A DNA stretch of 64,000 bases from Ginglymostoma cirratum (lineage: Eukaryota), in assembly GCA_024137785.1 (NCBI GenBank), contig JAHRHZ010000004.1, forward strand, positions 8,588,328 to 8,652,327, in the 5' to 3' direction. The translations under genes and the position numbers were made by a program. Shown piece by piece: positions 35,135 to 47,683 of the stretch; position 1 is the first letter of the stretch; every line of letters begins with the position of its first letter. The notes beneath the pieces were generated by a model. The model was not told where the DNA came from and made no database searches. It saw only the letters and a list, made by a program, of their open reading frames with translations.

Positions 35135-35325
35135 TTGATGCAGAGTGATGTCAACAGCATGGGCTCAATTACTACATTGGCTGAGGTTACCATGAAGGTC
35201 TCTCCTTCTCAACCTCTCCCCTCGCCTGCGGTTTGGCGACCCTCTGGTTAAACGATCACCAGTCGTGTCTCTCTAAAGAGATAGCAGCCCTATGGTCCGG
35301 TAGGATCATGGCAACTTTACTTTTT
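35135..35325 (+). mobile_element. SINE family C (head partly lost)
   Basis: 'gatgcagagtgatgtcaacagcatgggctcaatt...gcagccctatggtcc...gcaactttac'. Confidence 0.7.
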
Positions 35326-35407
35326 ACAGCTCAGATACTGGTGAACCTATTTGTAATTGACCTTAGAACACTAGTGGAGATTGGCGCAGTTAAGACATTG
35401 GCACAGA

Positions 35408-35620
35408 TCAATGATGTGCAGGTTAGATGGATTGCCATGCTAAAAGTAAAATGTCCGTAGTGTTCAGGGATGTGAAGGTTGGGTGGATTAGCCGTGGTAA
35501 AGGTGGGGATATGGTAGGGTGGCTGGATCTGGGTGGGATGCTTCTTGGAAAGTCAGCGCAGACTCGATGGGCTGAATGGCCTTCTGCACTGTGGAGATTC
35601 TGTGATTATCTATGATTTTG
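35408..35620 (+). mobile_element. HE1 SINE, 5'-truncated
   Basis: 'gatgtgcaggttagatggattgccatgc...gattctgtgatt'. Confidence 0.8.
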
Positions 35621-36164
35621 ATTTGAGGAGAAGATTGGTGCTGCGTTGGCATCTATTGGCCTCCACGATGATGCTGATGATTCCCAGCAGGTCTCTATAA
35701 GATGCAACTTATTTCCATTGATTAGGGCCATGAGTCGAGAGTCATGAGGTGCTTTCAAACATCCCAAGAATGTGATAAGATGCTACCTAAATGTAAGACC
35801 GGTTTTGGTTATCTTATCATTACTAAAAGTTGCAGATGTCAGCCAGTATACGAGTGAGATAAGGATTAGCAGTTGTGACAATAAATTGATGTTCTGAATA
35901 TGCAGGTTTACCATAAGTTAAGTCATCATGTCCTTCCTGGGTGAATTGACATCCAAATTCACTGAAGAAATCGTTAAAAGCAGGCACAATGTCAGAGACT
36001 CATCCAGGATACCATGATCTGAGCATTGTTACTTCCACAGGGCTCACGGAGCGAAACATTTTGGTAGGTTTCCTTTTATAGTAAACATTTTAATATTTAA
36101 TTCCCTTTTCTTTAAACATTTTTTAAGTTTTCAATTACACTATTATCCAAGTTAGCAAGTGGAC

Positions 36165-36360
36165 AAATGCAAAATGCTGGAAATCTGAAGTAAAAATTGA
36201 AAGGCATGGAAATAATCAGCGACTGTAAGCCAGCAGTGGAGAGAGTAATTGAATTAAGCTTTCATTAGAAAGGTTATTGATTGGAAGCTTTAACTTTGTT
36301 TCTCAATCCACAGAAGCTGCCCGACTTGTTGAGTATTTCCAATATTTGAATTTATTTCTC
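36165..36360. mobile_element. Old, degenerate PLE fold-back
   Basis: 'atgctggaaatctgaag...gtggagagag' / 'ctcaatccacagaagctgcccgacttgttgagtatttcca'. Confidence 0.6.
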
Positions 36361-36435
36361 TTTTTTAAAAAAATTTATCAACTAATTATCGTTGCATTTA
36401 ATTGGTTCAGCTCAAAAAGCCACCGAGAAGACATT

Positions 36436-36945
36436 ATATAGGAGCAGAAGTAGGCCATTCAGCCCATTGAGTCTGCCCTGCCAGTCAATGAGATTGTGGC
36501 TGATTTGCTAATCCTCCACTTCTCTTTCCTGCCTTTTTCATATTACCCCTGGTTCCTTTGCTGTTTAAAGAATCTGTCTCTCTCAGTCTTGAATATATCT
36601 AATGACCCAGCCTCTACAGCTCTCTGCTATATAGAGTTTCACAGACTGTCTACTCCCAGAAGAACTTTCTCCTTATCTCTGTCCTAAATGTGTGACCCAT
36701 TATTCTGAGATTGTGCCGTCTGATTCTGGACACTCCCATAGGGGGGAAACAACCTTCAGCATCTATCCTGTCAAGTCCACTGAGAATTTTGTATGTTTCA
36801 ATAAGGTTGCCTCTATTCTTCTATATTCTGAATCGAGGCCCAACCTACCAACCTCTCATAAGACAGCTCCTCCATACTTGGTAACAGCCTAATGAACTTC
36901 TTTGGACTGCCTCCGATGCCAACGTACCCTTTCCTTAGATAGGAG
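36436..36945 (-). mobile_element. CR1 3' fragment
   Basis: 'taggagcagaagtaggccattcagccc...tttggactgcctccgatgcca'. Confidence 0.85.
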
Positions 36946-39106
36946 TTCTCTGTCTGCTAAGACAAGGGCCAACTTTTATTGTTGCAAATCCTTGTCAAAG
37001 CCACCCTGCTTCTATCAGACTGGTCAAAATGAAGGCAAGGGCAAGAACTGTCTTTAGATTTGGGCTTATTTCTAACACAGTTTTTTTAACATATTAATAC
37101 CAAATACAACATACACAATATTCAGAGATATACCAGGCTCTAATATTACTGTTAACTGAGTTGTTGAAAGACCACTGAGTGTACTCCACATGCTTCTCTG
37201 CACATGTCCATTCACATTCAGATGGTTGGACTTCCCGTTTCTGCCTTGCTTCCCATGTGTTTCACACTATTCTTAACTCCACCTACATTGTACTATTTAT
37301 GCCCAGTGAGGTGTAGTGGCATGTCATCGTCGCAATATTGTTCCAGGGTCCTAAAGCTCTGACACCAGTTGCCTCTCTCCCATTTTACAGTGGGCTATCG
37401 TGGCATGTCTGCCCCTGGTTTACTAATGTCCTTGCATGGCCAATTAGTGCCCACCTAAATGCCTCATCCTGTTTGTCCCCCCCCACCGACTCCATTCAAC
37501 CCTCTATAACTGAGTCCTGCACTGTGTAGAATGCCTGACATCTTAGATGGCTCTGTGACCAGCCATTCAATAAAAATCTTAAGTGGAAGGAGCAGTCATT
37601 ACTTCAGCATTTAGTATTGATTTTTTTTTGCCAGTGGAGAGAGAGTGTAATTTTTGATTTTGATGGGCAAAGTTTACAGTATCGTGTAAGTAATGATGCT
37701 ACTCATTTAACCACAGTCTTCCCAATCTCTGCTGCCTCTTTCAGTTTTGGAGCTGTTCGGTGATTTCTCCCCTAATTCTAGTCTCCTGGACATTCCCCAC
37801 TTGCTGCGTACATTATCGGTATCTGTGTCTCCAGCTGCCTACGCCGAAAGAAGTTGTAAAATTTCCTCCCCAGACCTTTTGGCCACTCCACCTCTCCCTC
37901 CTGCCTTTAAGACGCTCCTTAAAATCTTCGACAAAAAGAACATGCGTTCAGCTGATTTAATGGTTTCCTCCTTTGTTTCTCTTTATTTGCTGCTTTACTG
38001 GTCTGCGAATCTCTTTGTGATGTTTTCCTATGTTAAGGGAGCTATATAAATTCATGTTGCCGTTGCTATGTTACAGCTCTGGAACTCCTGCAGAGTGCAA
38101 TATAGATATGCTGTTATAATGGTTGCAGGAAATTCCAAACCATAAAGTTTTCCCCTCTCTGTGCATTGAACAACCAGCCATACACATTCTGTTTGGCAGC
38201 CTTACCGCTGCAGTATGAGTACTTCTGACCAGAGATTTGCAGTTGGTATTCTCATCGTCACAGACTCTCTGACCTGTGGTGCACCTTTCTTACAACTTCC
38301 ATGTCTAGGATTTTCTTGTCCCTTGATCAAGTTTGGGGAATGATGCAGGTACAGGGTACTACCATGCATTAAATACCATTACAGTGTCCACACTCTGAAA
38401 AGTGCAGTGCATTAGCCAATTTGTCTTTCTTGAGTTGAGAGTTTATATAAGGCCACCTTTTGGCATACAAATTCCCTGAGATTACAGAACAAGCCCTGCT
38501 CTGTGTGCTGTGAAGTCATGTGCTGTGCTCCGGAATGTAAACAGTGCCCAGAGACTGACAAACAGTCAGAAGTTTATTAATTAGCATTTCCCAGTGGGGG
38601 AAGTTTCTCATTTTATGATGGCACTTTCTCACATTTTTTTAAGCTTGTCTTCTCACCCTCCAATACTACTATTGTAAAGGCATCCTTAGGAGGAGAATGA
38701 GGAAACTGCACTGTAATGAGGCAAGGCAATGTATTAATGGTCATGCTAATGCAATGCTATTGCTGCTCACTGGTAAGAACCTTGCATTTCTGTTTGACAA
38801 AATTGGAAGCTCCTTGCTGGCCATTTCATGCAGTTCTTCCAACTTTCTCACCATTGCCCAGGGCTGAGAAGGTTCTGCTCAATGTTCTGGGTCAAATATG
38901 ACTCTTCAGTTGTGATTCTACTCAATACTGTTTCTCCCACCTCAAGGCATTTTCTGTTCTTTTTAACTCTGATTTCCAGTGTTGACAGTATTTTGTTCCT
39001 AATAAAGACCCCTCTGCTGCAGCACAGTTCAATTAATCTCCTCTTGTTTGAGATAGACAGGACCATAGGAGGGGGTCTCTCTTGCTGGCTAATTCTTTGT
39101 TTCTAA

Positions 39107-39396
39107 TCATAGAATCCCTACAGTGTGGAAACAAGCCTTTCGGCCACACAAGTCCACACCGACCCACACAGCATCCCACCCCACTAATCTACACATCCCT
39201 GAACACTACGGGCAATTTAGCATGGCCAATCCACCTAACCTGCACATCTTTGGACTGTGGGAGAAAACCGGAGAACCCAGAGGAAACCCACGCAGACACG
39301 AGGAGAATGTGCAAACTCCACACAGACAGTGGAATCAAACCCAGGTCCCCAGCACGGTGAGGCAGCGGTGCTAACCACTGAGCCACCGTGCCACCC
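39107..39396 (-). mobile_element. HE1 V-SINE, full length, young
   Basis: Head 'gggtggcacggtggctcagtggttagcaccgctgcctcac' on minus strand. Confidence 0.92.
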
Positions 39397-39799
39397 ATTT
39401 CATTTGTCTGTTCTTGAATGATCCCTTTAAGTGTGCACCAGTACGTTTAAGACCTCTATGACCAGAGGTATCTGCCTGTGAGATGTGGGTGTCGCTTGCT
39501 GGGTCATCATTTATTTCCCATCCCTAGTTGCACTTGAGAAAGTGGGTGATCAGCTGTTTTCTTGAGCCACTCCATGTGCTGTAGGTAGACCCACAATGCC
39601 ATTAGGAAGGGAATTCCAGGATTTTTATTGGGAGACACTGAGGGAATGGTGTTATATTTTCCAAGTCAGGATGGTGAGTGGCTTGGAGTGAAATTTACAA
39701 GGTGATGGTGTATAGATGGGATAACTGTATCTTCACAGTGAGATTTATGATTTAATTATGCCTTGTGTTGGTACCTCAAACATAGTTCACTGTTTATGA

Positions 39800-40330
39800 A
39801 GATTGGAAGAACTAATAGTGCAAAAACAATGATCAAGATAAATGGTCAACAGCTGGAATAGGTATCTCAATTTCAGTACCTTGGAAGTAACTTTTCAGTT
39901 AATGGTTACTGGTGTTGAGGTATGGTAAATAATTTGTTTTTCAAACATTAAAACAATTGCTCAGCATAGGAATGGGATCTTGTAGAAAGAATGGCCGGGA
40001 CTGCAGTTTGAACTATCTTGTACTGAGCTGAAAAGAGACCTCGAGGAGTGCTTTGGACTAGAAAGTAAATCTGGAGAATGTAGTGGGTCAGTTGTTGAGC
40101 CACAAAAATATCTCTGAACGATGGAGGAGATAAGTTTGTATGTAAGTATCTAATTAAAATGGATAACCAAGGTTGGTTTGGTCATACTCAAACTTGCTGA
40201 AGGAGGTAACGAAGGAAAATTAGGGGGCTATAAAACAAGGAGGAAGAGATGGTAGTCAATGTGAGACTGAAAATCGCAGGGCTCCTACAAGTAACTGGAG
40301 AGGAAAACGAGGTGTGGAGAAATGAGCAGA
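39800..40330 (+). mobile_element. Ancient RTE-clade LINE RT fragment
   Basis: 'IKINGQQLE*VSQFQYLGS', later 'WFGH' and 'EGKLGG.KTRRKR'. Confidence 0.55.
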
Positions 40331-40455
40331 GGACCAGCCTCTGATGATGGTCAGAGACCAAAACAGCTATGTATTCATGGTGGCCTAAGCCAAGAACTGT
40401 TTTCTCTTTTGATGTTTCTGACTGGCAACACTGGGGCAATTCGGTATTACCGCAC

Positions 40456-41030
40456 CTACATAGGAACAGGAGTAGGCCATTCAGCCCTTCAAGCCTGTTC
40501 CACCATGCAGTGAGATAATGGCTGATCTGTGGTCTGACTCCATATACCTGCCTTTGGCTCATATCCCTTAATAGCTTTGCTTAAAAAACATTTATCTCTC
40601 TCCGACTTAAAATTTAACAAGTGGTCCAGCATCCATTGCTGTTTGTAGAAGAAAGTTCCAAACATTTACTACTTTTAGTTTTGTGTGTAACAATGCTTCC
40701 TCACCCATCTCCTTAATGGTCTGGCCATTATCCTAAGATTATACAGCCCCTAGTTCTAGAATCCCCAACCAGTGGAAATAGATCATCTACCCCATCTTTC
40801 TCTGTTAATATCTTAAAGACTTTGATCACTCGGCCTTCTAAAATTCGAGAGAAAAGAGGCCTAATTTCTACAGACTTCCCCTCATAACTTAGCCCTGAAC
40901 TTACAGGGTTTTGTTAATGTAATCCGCCAAGATGTCCTTCCTAAGGTGTGGTGCCCAGATCTGCTCACAATACTCCCAAGTTGGGCCTAAATAAGGTTTT
41001 GTGTAACTGCAGAATAACTTCTGTATCCCT
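40456..41030 (-). mobile_element. CR1 3' fragment
   Basis: 'WEYCEQIWAPHLRKDILA' and CR1 tail 'cataggaacaggagtaggccattcagccc'. Confidence 0.85.
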
Positions 41031-42494
41031 AACAAATCAAGAAAACATCTCCAGGGATGCTTTATGTGAACCCAGCTGGAGGACAGGCTGTTTAAATACC
41101 GGTGCCTGTGACCTGGTTGGCAAAATTGGTTTTTTTTCACCAGCCTGGTACTGCTAGTTCTTAATGTCTAACTCTCTGGCATCCAGCAACATGGGTTTAG
41201 CTGGCTGGCTGGCCGACTGTCAGACAGATAACTCTCTCACTACCAGGCAGTTTACTGTTTGACAAGGCATCCTAAATTCCATCAGCAGACCGCAAGGATT
41301 TCCTGACCATCAGCCGTGGTGAATCTAGAAAGTATACCTTTTTACAGTTCTCCCTGGCTGTCCTGCTCTAGCAGAAAGGAGGCTAATGGAATTGAAAATG
41401 AACGGAGAAGGTTTCCATTCCTCACCACCTTACTGCATTTGTCAGCTGAAGGGCAGGCACACTGCTCTTCTGTCTCCCTTTTTCCTCCTGTTTCTTTTCT
41501 CGCTTGGTCTTGTGAATGAGGCTTGTGCTGTCAGACATGCCGTTCCCCCACCCCCTAGTTCTGGAGAATCCGTTCAGAATCCCTGGGAGGGGAATCCAAG
41601 TGTGTGCGAAACTGGGAAATTGTTCTGTCTGGGAATCTGGGTTGGGTCGAAGACAATTGAGCAGCTCTGTGCTCCAAATGGGTAATTAATGTAAGAGTAA
41701 TGGTAAATACAGCTGGCACCATCACTGCTGTACAAGATTAATGTTGCATCATTAAGTATGGAGGGAGGGGCATGAGTGGAGGTTCATGGATTGGGGGCTG
41801 GGATGGGGGTTGGGAGGCTTGCTATTGAGGTGAAACAATCCTCATTTAGCATACAAAGGCAGGCTTCACAAGAATGTGGAGCAAACTGGAAGTCTGCATT
41901 TGCTTTGCCCCTCCCCCAACCCAGCAGCATCCACAATGTTGAGTGAAGATTGAGCGATCAGTTGGAATGCAGTCTGCATCTCGATGAGCTTCATTCTTCT
42001 GTCTGCCTGTACATGAAAGCTCAGGGAGGGTACAACTCAAGAGACCCTTCTCTATTGAATCTTTTCCACACCCTCTCTTTCAGTGGAGGGCAGCAAGCAC
42101 AAAATGCTGCAAATGCTTTCTTTTTATTTACAGTAATCAAATTTGTATTCTTTTTCCTTCCTTTTGTTTTCTCTTTTTTTTGTTATTTTCTATATCTGGA
42201 AGTGCTATCACGCACACCACCAAAGAAACAAACTTTGTATTTTTAAGACCTGGTTTATTTTGCACCAGCAAGCTAGCACTTGAAGACCCCAAACCTGCAA
42301 TTTATCTTGATTTCAGGTGGATGTGAGATCAGCTGCCTTCAAAACCACTAATAGGCATGGAATCAGAATCACATCTTCAGCCAGCGTCTAAATATTCATT
42401 CTAAATAAAAACTTTTTAATGTGTTCCCCTTGAGCAATCATCTGATTTAATTTCTCTGCATTCTGTAAAGCATTACTCTAAATGATTTCAGCAG

Positions 42495-42632
42495 AGGTTC
42501 TGAGGAAAAGCCATTGTTCTATTTAATTTTCCCTATTTTCCTCTGTCTGCAGGTATTGTCTGAATGTTTCTATCATGCGCTGTATTTATTTATATCTTAG
42601 ATTTCCACGTTCTGCAGTATTTTGCTTTTTTT
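42495..42632 (+). mobile_element. Degenerate PLE terminal fragment
   Basis: 'ttctgaggaaaag...agatttccacgttctgcagtattttgctttt'. Confidence 0.5.
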
Positions 42633-42802
42633 TTGGGGAGGAGTGGAACTTTTTTCTTTCCAGTTCCTTCCAGATTGCTGCTGATCTAATATATATTAAG
42701 TGTCAGTTTCTGAGATGGAACTAACAACCTTTTAAAGTAATTTAGTTTGCTTCGTTCACATAGGAACGATGGGGACTCCTGTGGAATCCAGGCCTCTTAT
42801 AA

Positions 42803-43185
42803 TGTCATGATTGGAACCATGGCTAGGTCAGTCTCATTAGAGTCATAGAGATATACAGCACAAAACAGACCCTTCGATCCAACTCGTCCATGCTGACGAG
42901 ATATCCTATATAAATCTAGTCCCATTTGCCATATCCCTCTAAACCTTTCCTATTCATATACTCATCCAGATGCCTTTTAAATGTTGTAATTGTGTCAGAT
43001 CCTTGATTGGGGCTGTTAACCTGGTCTAATCAGGGATCCCTGGTTGACAAATATAGACGGGAGATTCAGAAGGTCCCCTCAGTCTAGGGACTGACTTTGA
43101 GCTGGCTGGTCAGTGCCCATGTACAGTGAACATGTAAATAAAGGGTGACCTAGTGACAGGATAGCGCCTCTGTGCTGTTACTTCA
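42803..43185 (+). mobile_element. Short solo LTR interrupted by a CR1 3' fragment (42838-42995, minus)
   Basis: 'tgattggggctgttaacctggtctaatcaggga...tgtaaataaagggtgac...ttacttca'. Confidence 0.65.
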
Positions 43186-43563
43186 CACCGTATACCTGCC
43201 CAGGTTGATTTTAAAAATATCTAAACTGGAAATTGCCTGGTGGTGACAGTTATCTGTCAATAAGATGAAAATATTGATTCAGTTGGTGCTAATTACTGCG
43301 TAACGAGAGGTTAATCCAAGAGGTCATCAGAGCCTCCTTAAACGAGACAGATTGAATGCATAGTAAGGGATACACTGTCAAGAAACAATGCCTGAGACAT
43401 AGACCAGATGAGTAGCAAGTGAGGTTCACATGGAAATTTGGTGCAGTTAGCTGTGTTAAGTATAAGTTGTGATTATCAGTAGTTGTAAGGTTTGCCAGTA
43501 GCTGGATTTATTAATATAAGGCCAAGTAAAATAAAGTTAATATAACTGAAGTACAGTTATGGC

Positions 43564-44075
43564 ATGGTAGAGCAGCTCAGTCACCTGGAAGAAGGGTCCA
43601 GACTCGAAACGTCAGCCTTCCTGCTCCTCTGATGCTGCCTGACCTGCTATGTTCATCCAGCTCTCACCTTGTAATCTCGGATTCTCCAGCATCGGCAGTT
43701 CCTACTATCTCTCAATCACGTGGAATGTGTCTCCTGTAGTATGTGGGAATATGTATGAAGCTACCAGTGACCTAGACAACCATATGTGTAGGAAGTCTTG
43801 TCAATTCCAGAAAATTGAACTCTGGGTTTTGGAGCTCGAGTGGCAGCTGAGTCACTGTGTTGCATCTGTGAGGCTTAGAGCCATATTTGTGTAACATTTT
43901 TGCCACAGGCTAGGGACATGGGGACAGAAAGGGAAGGTTGACCAGCAGGCAACCCGGGAAGTGGTGATGGACTGCTCGCTAACCAGTTTCCAGTTTTGGG
44001 TACTGGTAAAGATGTTGGCTTCTCCAGAGGACTGTTGCCAGGAACGAGTCAGGCTATGGGTGACCATCACTGCCA
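43564..44075 (+). mobile_element. CR1 ORF1 N-terminal relic (zinc finger/leucine zipper)
   Basis: 'MVEQLSH|VECVSCSMWE...DNHMCRKSCQFQKIELWVLELEWQL'. Confidence 0.7.
43585..43710 (+). mobile_element. PLE terminal-repeat insertion into CR1 ORF1
   Basis: TSD ctcagtcac 43576-43584 / ctcaatcac 43711-43719; altered hammerhead 'ctggaagaagggtccagactcgaaacgtc'. Confidence 0.85.
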
Positions 44076-44454
44076 TGCATGCCTTACCTTATTCTACACA
44101 GTAGCTATAGGAACTGTTCACTGCATCTGCCTCTTTTGCAAAGCTATACCCAGCCGGTGAAGGCTGTTCCTGACATTCCTTGTCCGGTATAGGGCAGGGT
44201 TCAGTGGAAATGGTTAGTGGCAATTTGACAGATGCAGCCAACTAGATAAGACTGCCTGGTGGTCTCTCATATTTGCACACCGTTACTGTGAAACATGGTG
44301 ACCTGTAAACAGGATTCATCTGAGAGAATATCTGACGACACTTTCACATCGTTTCACTGCCAGATCTGTGTTGCTTTTACCAAGCTGGTTATTTCACATT
44401 GGCTGCAGATGTGGGCATCCAGGTACCAAGATGGTGGGCACTTCCATGGTAAGG

Positions 44455-45080
44455 TAGAGCCTGAAGGCATTTATTAATAGGGGCAGAGAGTACAAGAATA
44501 TGGAGGCAATGTTGAATTTGTGTAAGACACTTGTTAGACCTTAGCTGGAGCATTACGTGACCTCATTCTAACTCTCAATTCGTACAGGTTACGGTAAGGT
44601 GGGTAAGATGTTTTCCCTGGTAGGTGGTGTTGAGAACCAGGGGATGTTAACTCAGGACTAGATTAGACCATGTAAAACTGAAATAAGAATGCATTTCTTC
44701 ATGCAGAGGGTGGTGAATTATTGGAATTCTATACCTGAGAAGCTGTGGAACTCGATCAATGGGCAGGCTCAAGACAGAAAAACAAACACCAAGAATGCTT
44801 GAGAAATGCAGCAGAAACTGGGAAGTTCTGAGCAAGCGTCATACTGGACTCCAATGCAGTTTCTCTGTCCGTGGATGCTGCCAGTTTCTCCACCATTCCC
44901 GGGCTTTGTTTCAGATATCCAGCATCTGTAGTATTTTGCTTTTAAGGTCAAGGCAGAGTTCTGGAGGTTAATAGCATCAAAGGAATTGGGGAAAGTGGCA
45001 TGGAGGTAGATGATCAGCCATGATCTTATTGAATGTTGGAACAGGTTTGATGGGCTGAATGGCCTACTCCTGTTCTTATT
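44455..45080 (+). mobile_element. CR1 3' fragment containing a degenerate PLE fold-back (~44779-44946)
   Basis: 'gagtacaagaatatggagg...cagagggtggtgaatt...gggctgaatggcctactcctgttc'; flanks tcaagacaga/tcaaggcaga. Confidence 0.8.
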
Positions 45081-46442
45081 GCCACTGTTGGTTAGTGCCG
45101 GGTTCTAGCTCTGTAACAACAGGGTCCTAGGGTGCAAAGCTGTGGGGCCTGTTCCCTCAATCCATGACTTGAACTTGGTGCACACCCACACATCTGTGGA
45201 TCTGCAATACCTTGTTTATCAAGATGGAGGCTTTGGGCACTTTAGTGTTGAGATGACTCCTTCTTCTTGCAGTTGTTCTTGGACTGACCTCTTTCCAATG
45301 GTAACTGCAGGTTATTAGCAGTGCACTGCTTTTTTGTTAACCAGGCTGCCAGGGTCTGGATTGGAGATGGGTAGGTGCTAAAAGTAGCTTTACGTACTGA
45401 CTGTGTAGGTGCCTGATTCTAACCCTGTGTCTCTCCCCAGTCTATGCTTTTGCAGAGAGTTCTCAATCTAGCAGGGCATCTCAGCAGCCCATGGAACAGT
45501 GAGCCGATCAGCTTTATCTGAGAGCCTTGACTGAGGCCAATTAAAGGCAAATAATTGTAACGTTTGTCAGGAGAAACCCGCGTCATCACATGATGTCAGG
45601 AGATCTGAAGATTGGCCTTTGGCCTTTATTTATGTTTCATGGTGGCAAATTCCAGCGAAGGAGCTCAGACTCAATACAGCGCCAGTGTTGACTTTAGCCA
45701 TGTACTCCAGCTGTGTGACGTCCTTGTGTTGCAAACAGTCTTGAATTGCAACTGCCAGCCCTATCAATTTGACATTGTGTAGAGAAAACTGTGTGGGTGT
45801 CAGTGTGCACAATGGAACACAGGGGAATAAGGGGAGATCTAAAGCTCATTGCCTCTCAATGAGTACTAGAGATGGACTGGCTATCACAGCTGTATAATTG
45901 TGCATCATGATAACAGGACGATAGATCTTTTCCCACACTGCGTTCCCTTGTATTTGATCAGATTACAGTTTTCTCCACTACCCGCATTTCCCCACCTCCT
46001 CCCCCAGCAATAAGGCTGGGAAGCGAGTGGGAGGTGAACTTATCTCTCCATATTTTTCCTTCCTGTGAATTGAGAGTAAAAGTCTCCTGGGGGATCTCCT
46101 TTATCTAGAGAGAAGCTGAATACTTTGTGTTGCTCAACAGGAACAGGATCCCAACACTTTTCTAACAGACAGAGCAGTGTGATTTCAGCAATTTGTATCG
46201 GGAAGTGGCCTCAGCTTAGGCGGCCTGTACACGTCAACCTATATTTTAAGCTCAACCATGCTATTATTCCTTTGCCCAGACTGCTTTTGGTTTATCTCTA
46301 ATCTTAAACCGATGCTTGCTTTCTCCCTCTATTCCAGAGGCTGATTGTTTGTTTGCCACAGCTAGTTAACACTCCGGTAAGGTTGCTATCCTCAAGGAGC
46401 AGGCTTTATGATGTGTTTTGGTAACTCTTTTCCCACTCCAAC

Positions 46443-46715
46443 ACATGGAGAAGATGTTTCTATGAGTAGGAGAGACTAAGAGCCGAGGGCACAGCCTCAG
46501 AGTGATGGGTTGACCCTTCCAAACTGAGATGAGGAGGGATTTCTTCAGCCAGAGGGTGGTGAATCTGTGGAGCTCATTGCTGCAGAGGGCTGTGGAGGCC
46601 AAATCATTGAGTGTATTTAACGACCGAGATGGGTTCTTGATTGACAAGGAGATCAAGGGTTATGGGGAGAAGGGAGAAGAATGGCATTGAGAAACCTATC
46701 AGCCATGACTGAATG
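46443..46715 (+). mobile_element. CR1 3' fragment
   Basis: 'gggcacagcctcagagtg...ttcttcagccagagggtggtgaatctgtgg'. Confidence 0.85.
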
Positions 46716-46799
46716 ACAAGCGACAGTGGCTTTCCTTTTGTCAATGACTGACCCCGTGACTTATAGGATAATAATTGTGCTAGAAATGCATGTGTATGG

Positions 46800-47455
46800 A
46801 CTGATTGATTCATTGCCACGTGTACCAAAGTACAGTGAAAAGCTTTGTTTATGAGTAGTACAGGCAGATCATAGTAAGCAAGGATGCACAGATCAGAGGT
46901 TGTAAAAAGATTTAGACAGAGGGATACTGATTACATTGCACAGGGTGTGCACTAGGCAGGATCAACGTTAGCAAGATCAGCATTATTTGAAATTAGAGGG
47001 TCCATTCATCGGTCTACTAATGGCTGGGAAGAAGCTGATCATAAACCTGCTGGTGCGTGTGTTCAGGCTTTTGTATCTTCTGCCTGATGGAAGAGGTTGT
47101 AGGAGAGCATTACTGAGGTATGATGGGTCTTTGATGTTGGCAGCCTTTGCGCAGCAGTGAAATGTGTAAACGGAGTCCATGGATGGAAGGTTGTCTTCTG
47201 TGATGGTCTGGGTGTGCACACCACCTCCTGTAGTTTCTTACTGTCCTGGGCAGAGCAGTTGTCGTACCAGGGCAGTATGTTTTCAATGATGCATCTGTGG
47301 AAGTTGGTGAGGGACCGTATCGACATGCCAAATTTCCTGAGCTGCCTGAGGAAGAAGAGATGTTGTGCCTTCCTGACCATCACATCTATGTGAGAAGTCC
47401 AGGAAAAGTTGTCAGTTATCCTCACTCAGAGGACCCTGACGCTCTCCACCCTCTT
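46800..47455 (-). mobile_element. Rex1/Babar-clade LINE 3' part
   Basis: 'ITDNFSWTSHIDVMVRKAQHLFFLRQLRKFGMS..LTNFHRCIIENIL', 'LQPLPSGRRYKSLNTRTSRFMISFFPA'. Confidence 0.9.
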
Positions 47456-47683
47456 GGAGCCTACATTCTTGTTCAGCCCTTCACACCGTTTAGTTAAAAT
47501 CATGGTGCATTGCTTCATTAAGTTAACAGGTTTACTGCCGTCATGGTACATGATGGCATATAGCACGGAAACACAGACCTTTCGGTCCAACTTTTCTGTG
47601 CCAAAAGGACATTCCAATCTGACCTAGTTGCGGTGACCAGCATTTGGCCCATATCCTTCTAAACCTTTCCTATTCATGTATCC

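Noticed and set aside
2008-43185. Two related LTRs as ends of one 41-kb provirus
   Set aside because: Copies are quite divergent, no gag/pol, PBS or shared TSD seen; better explained as independent solo LTRs.
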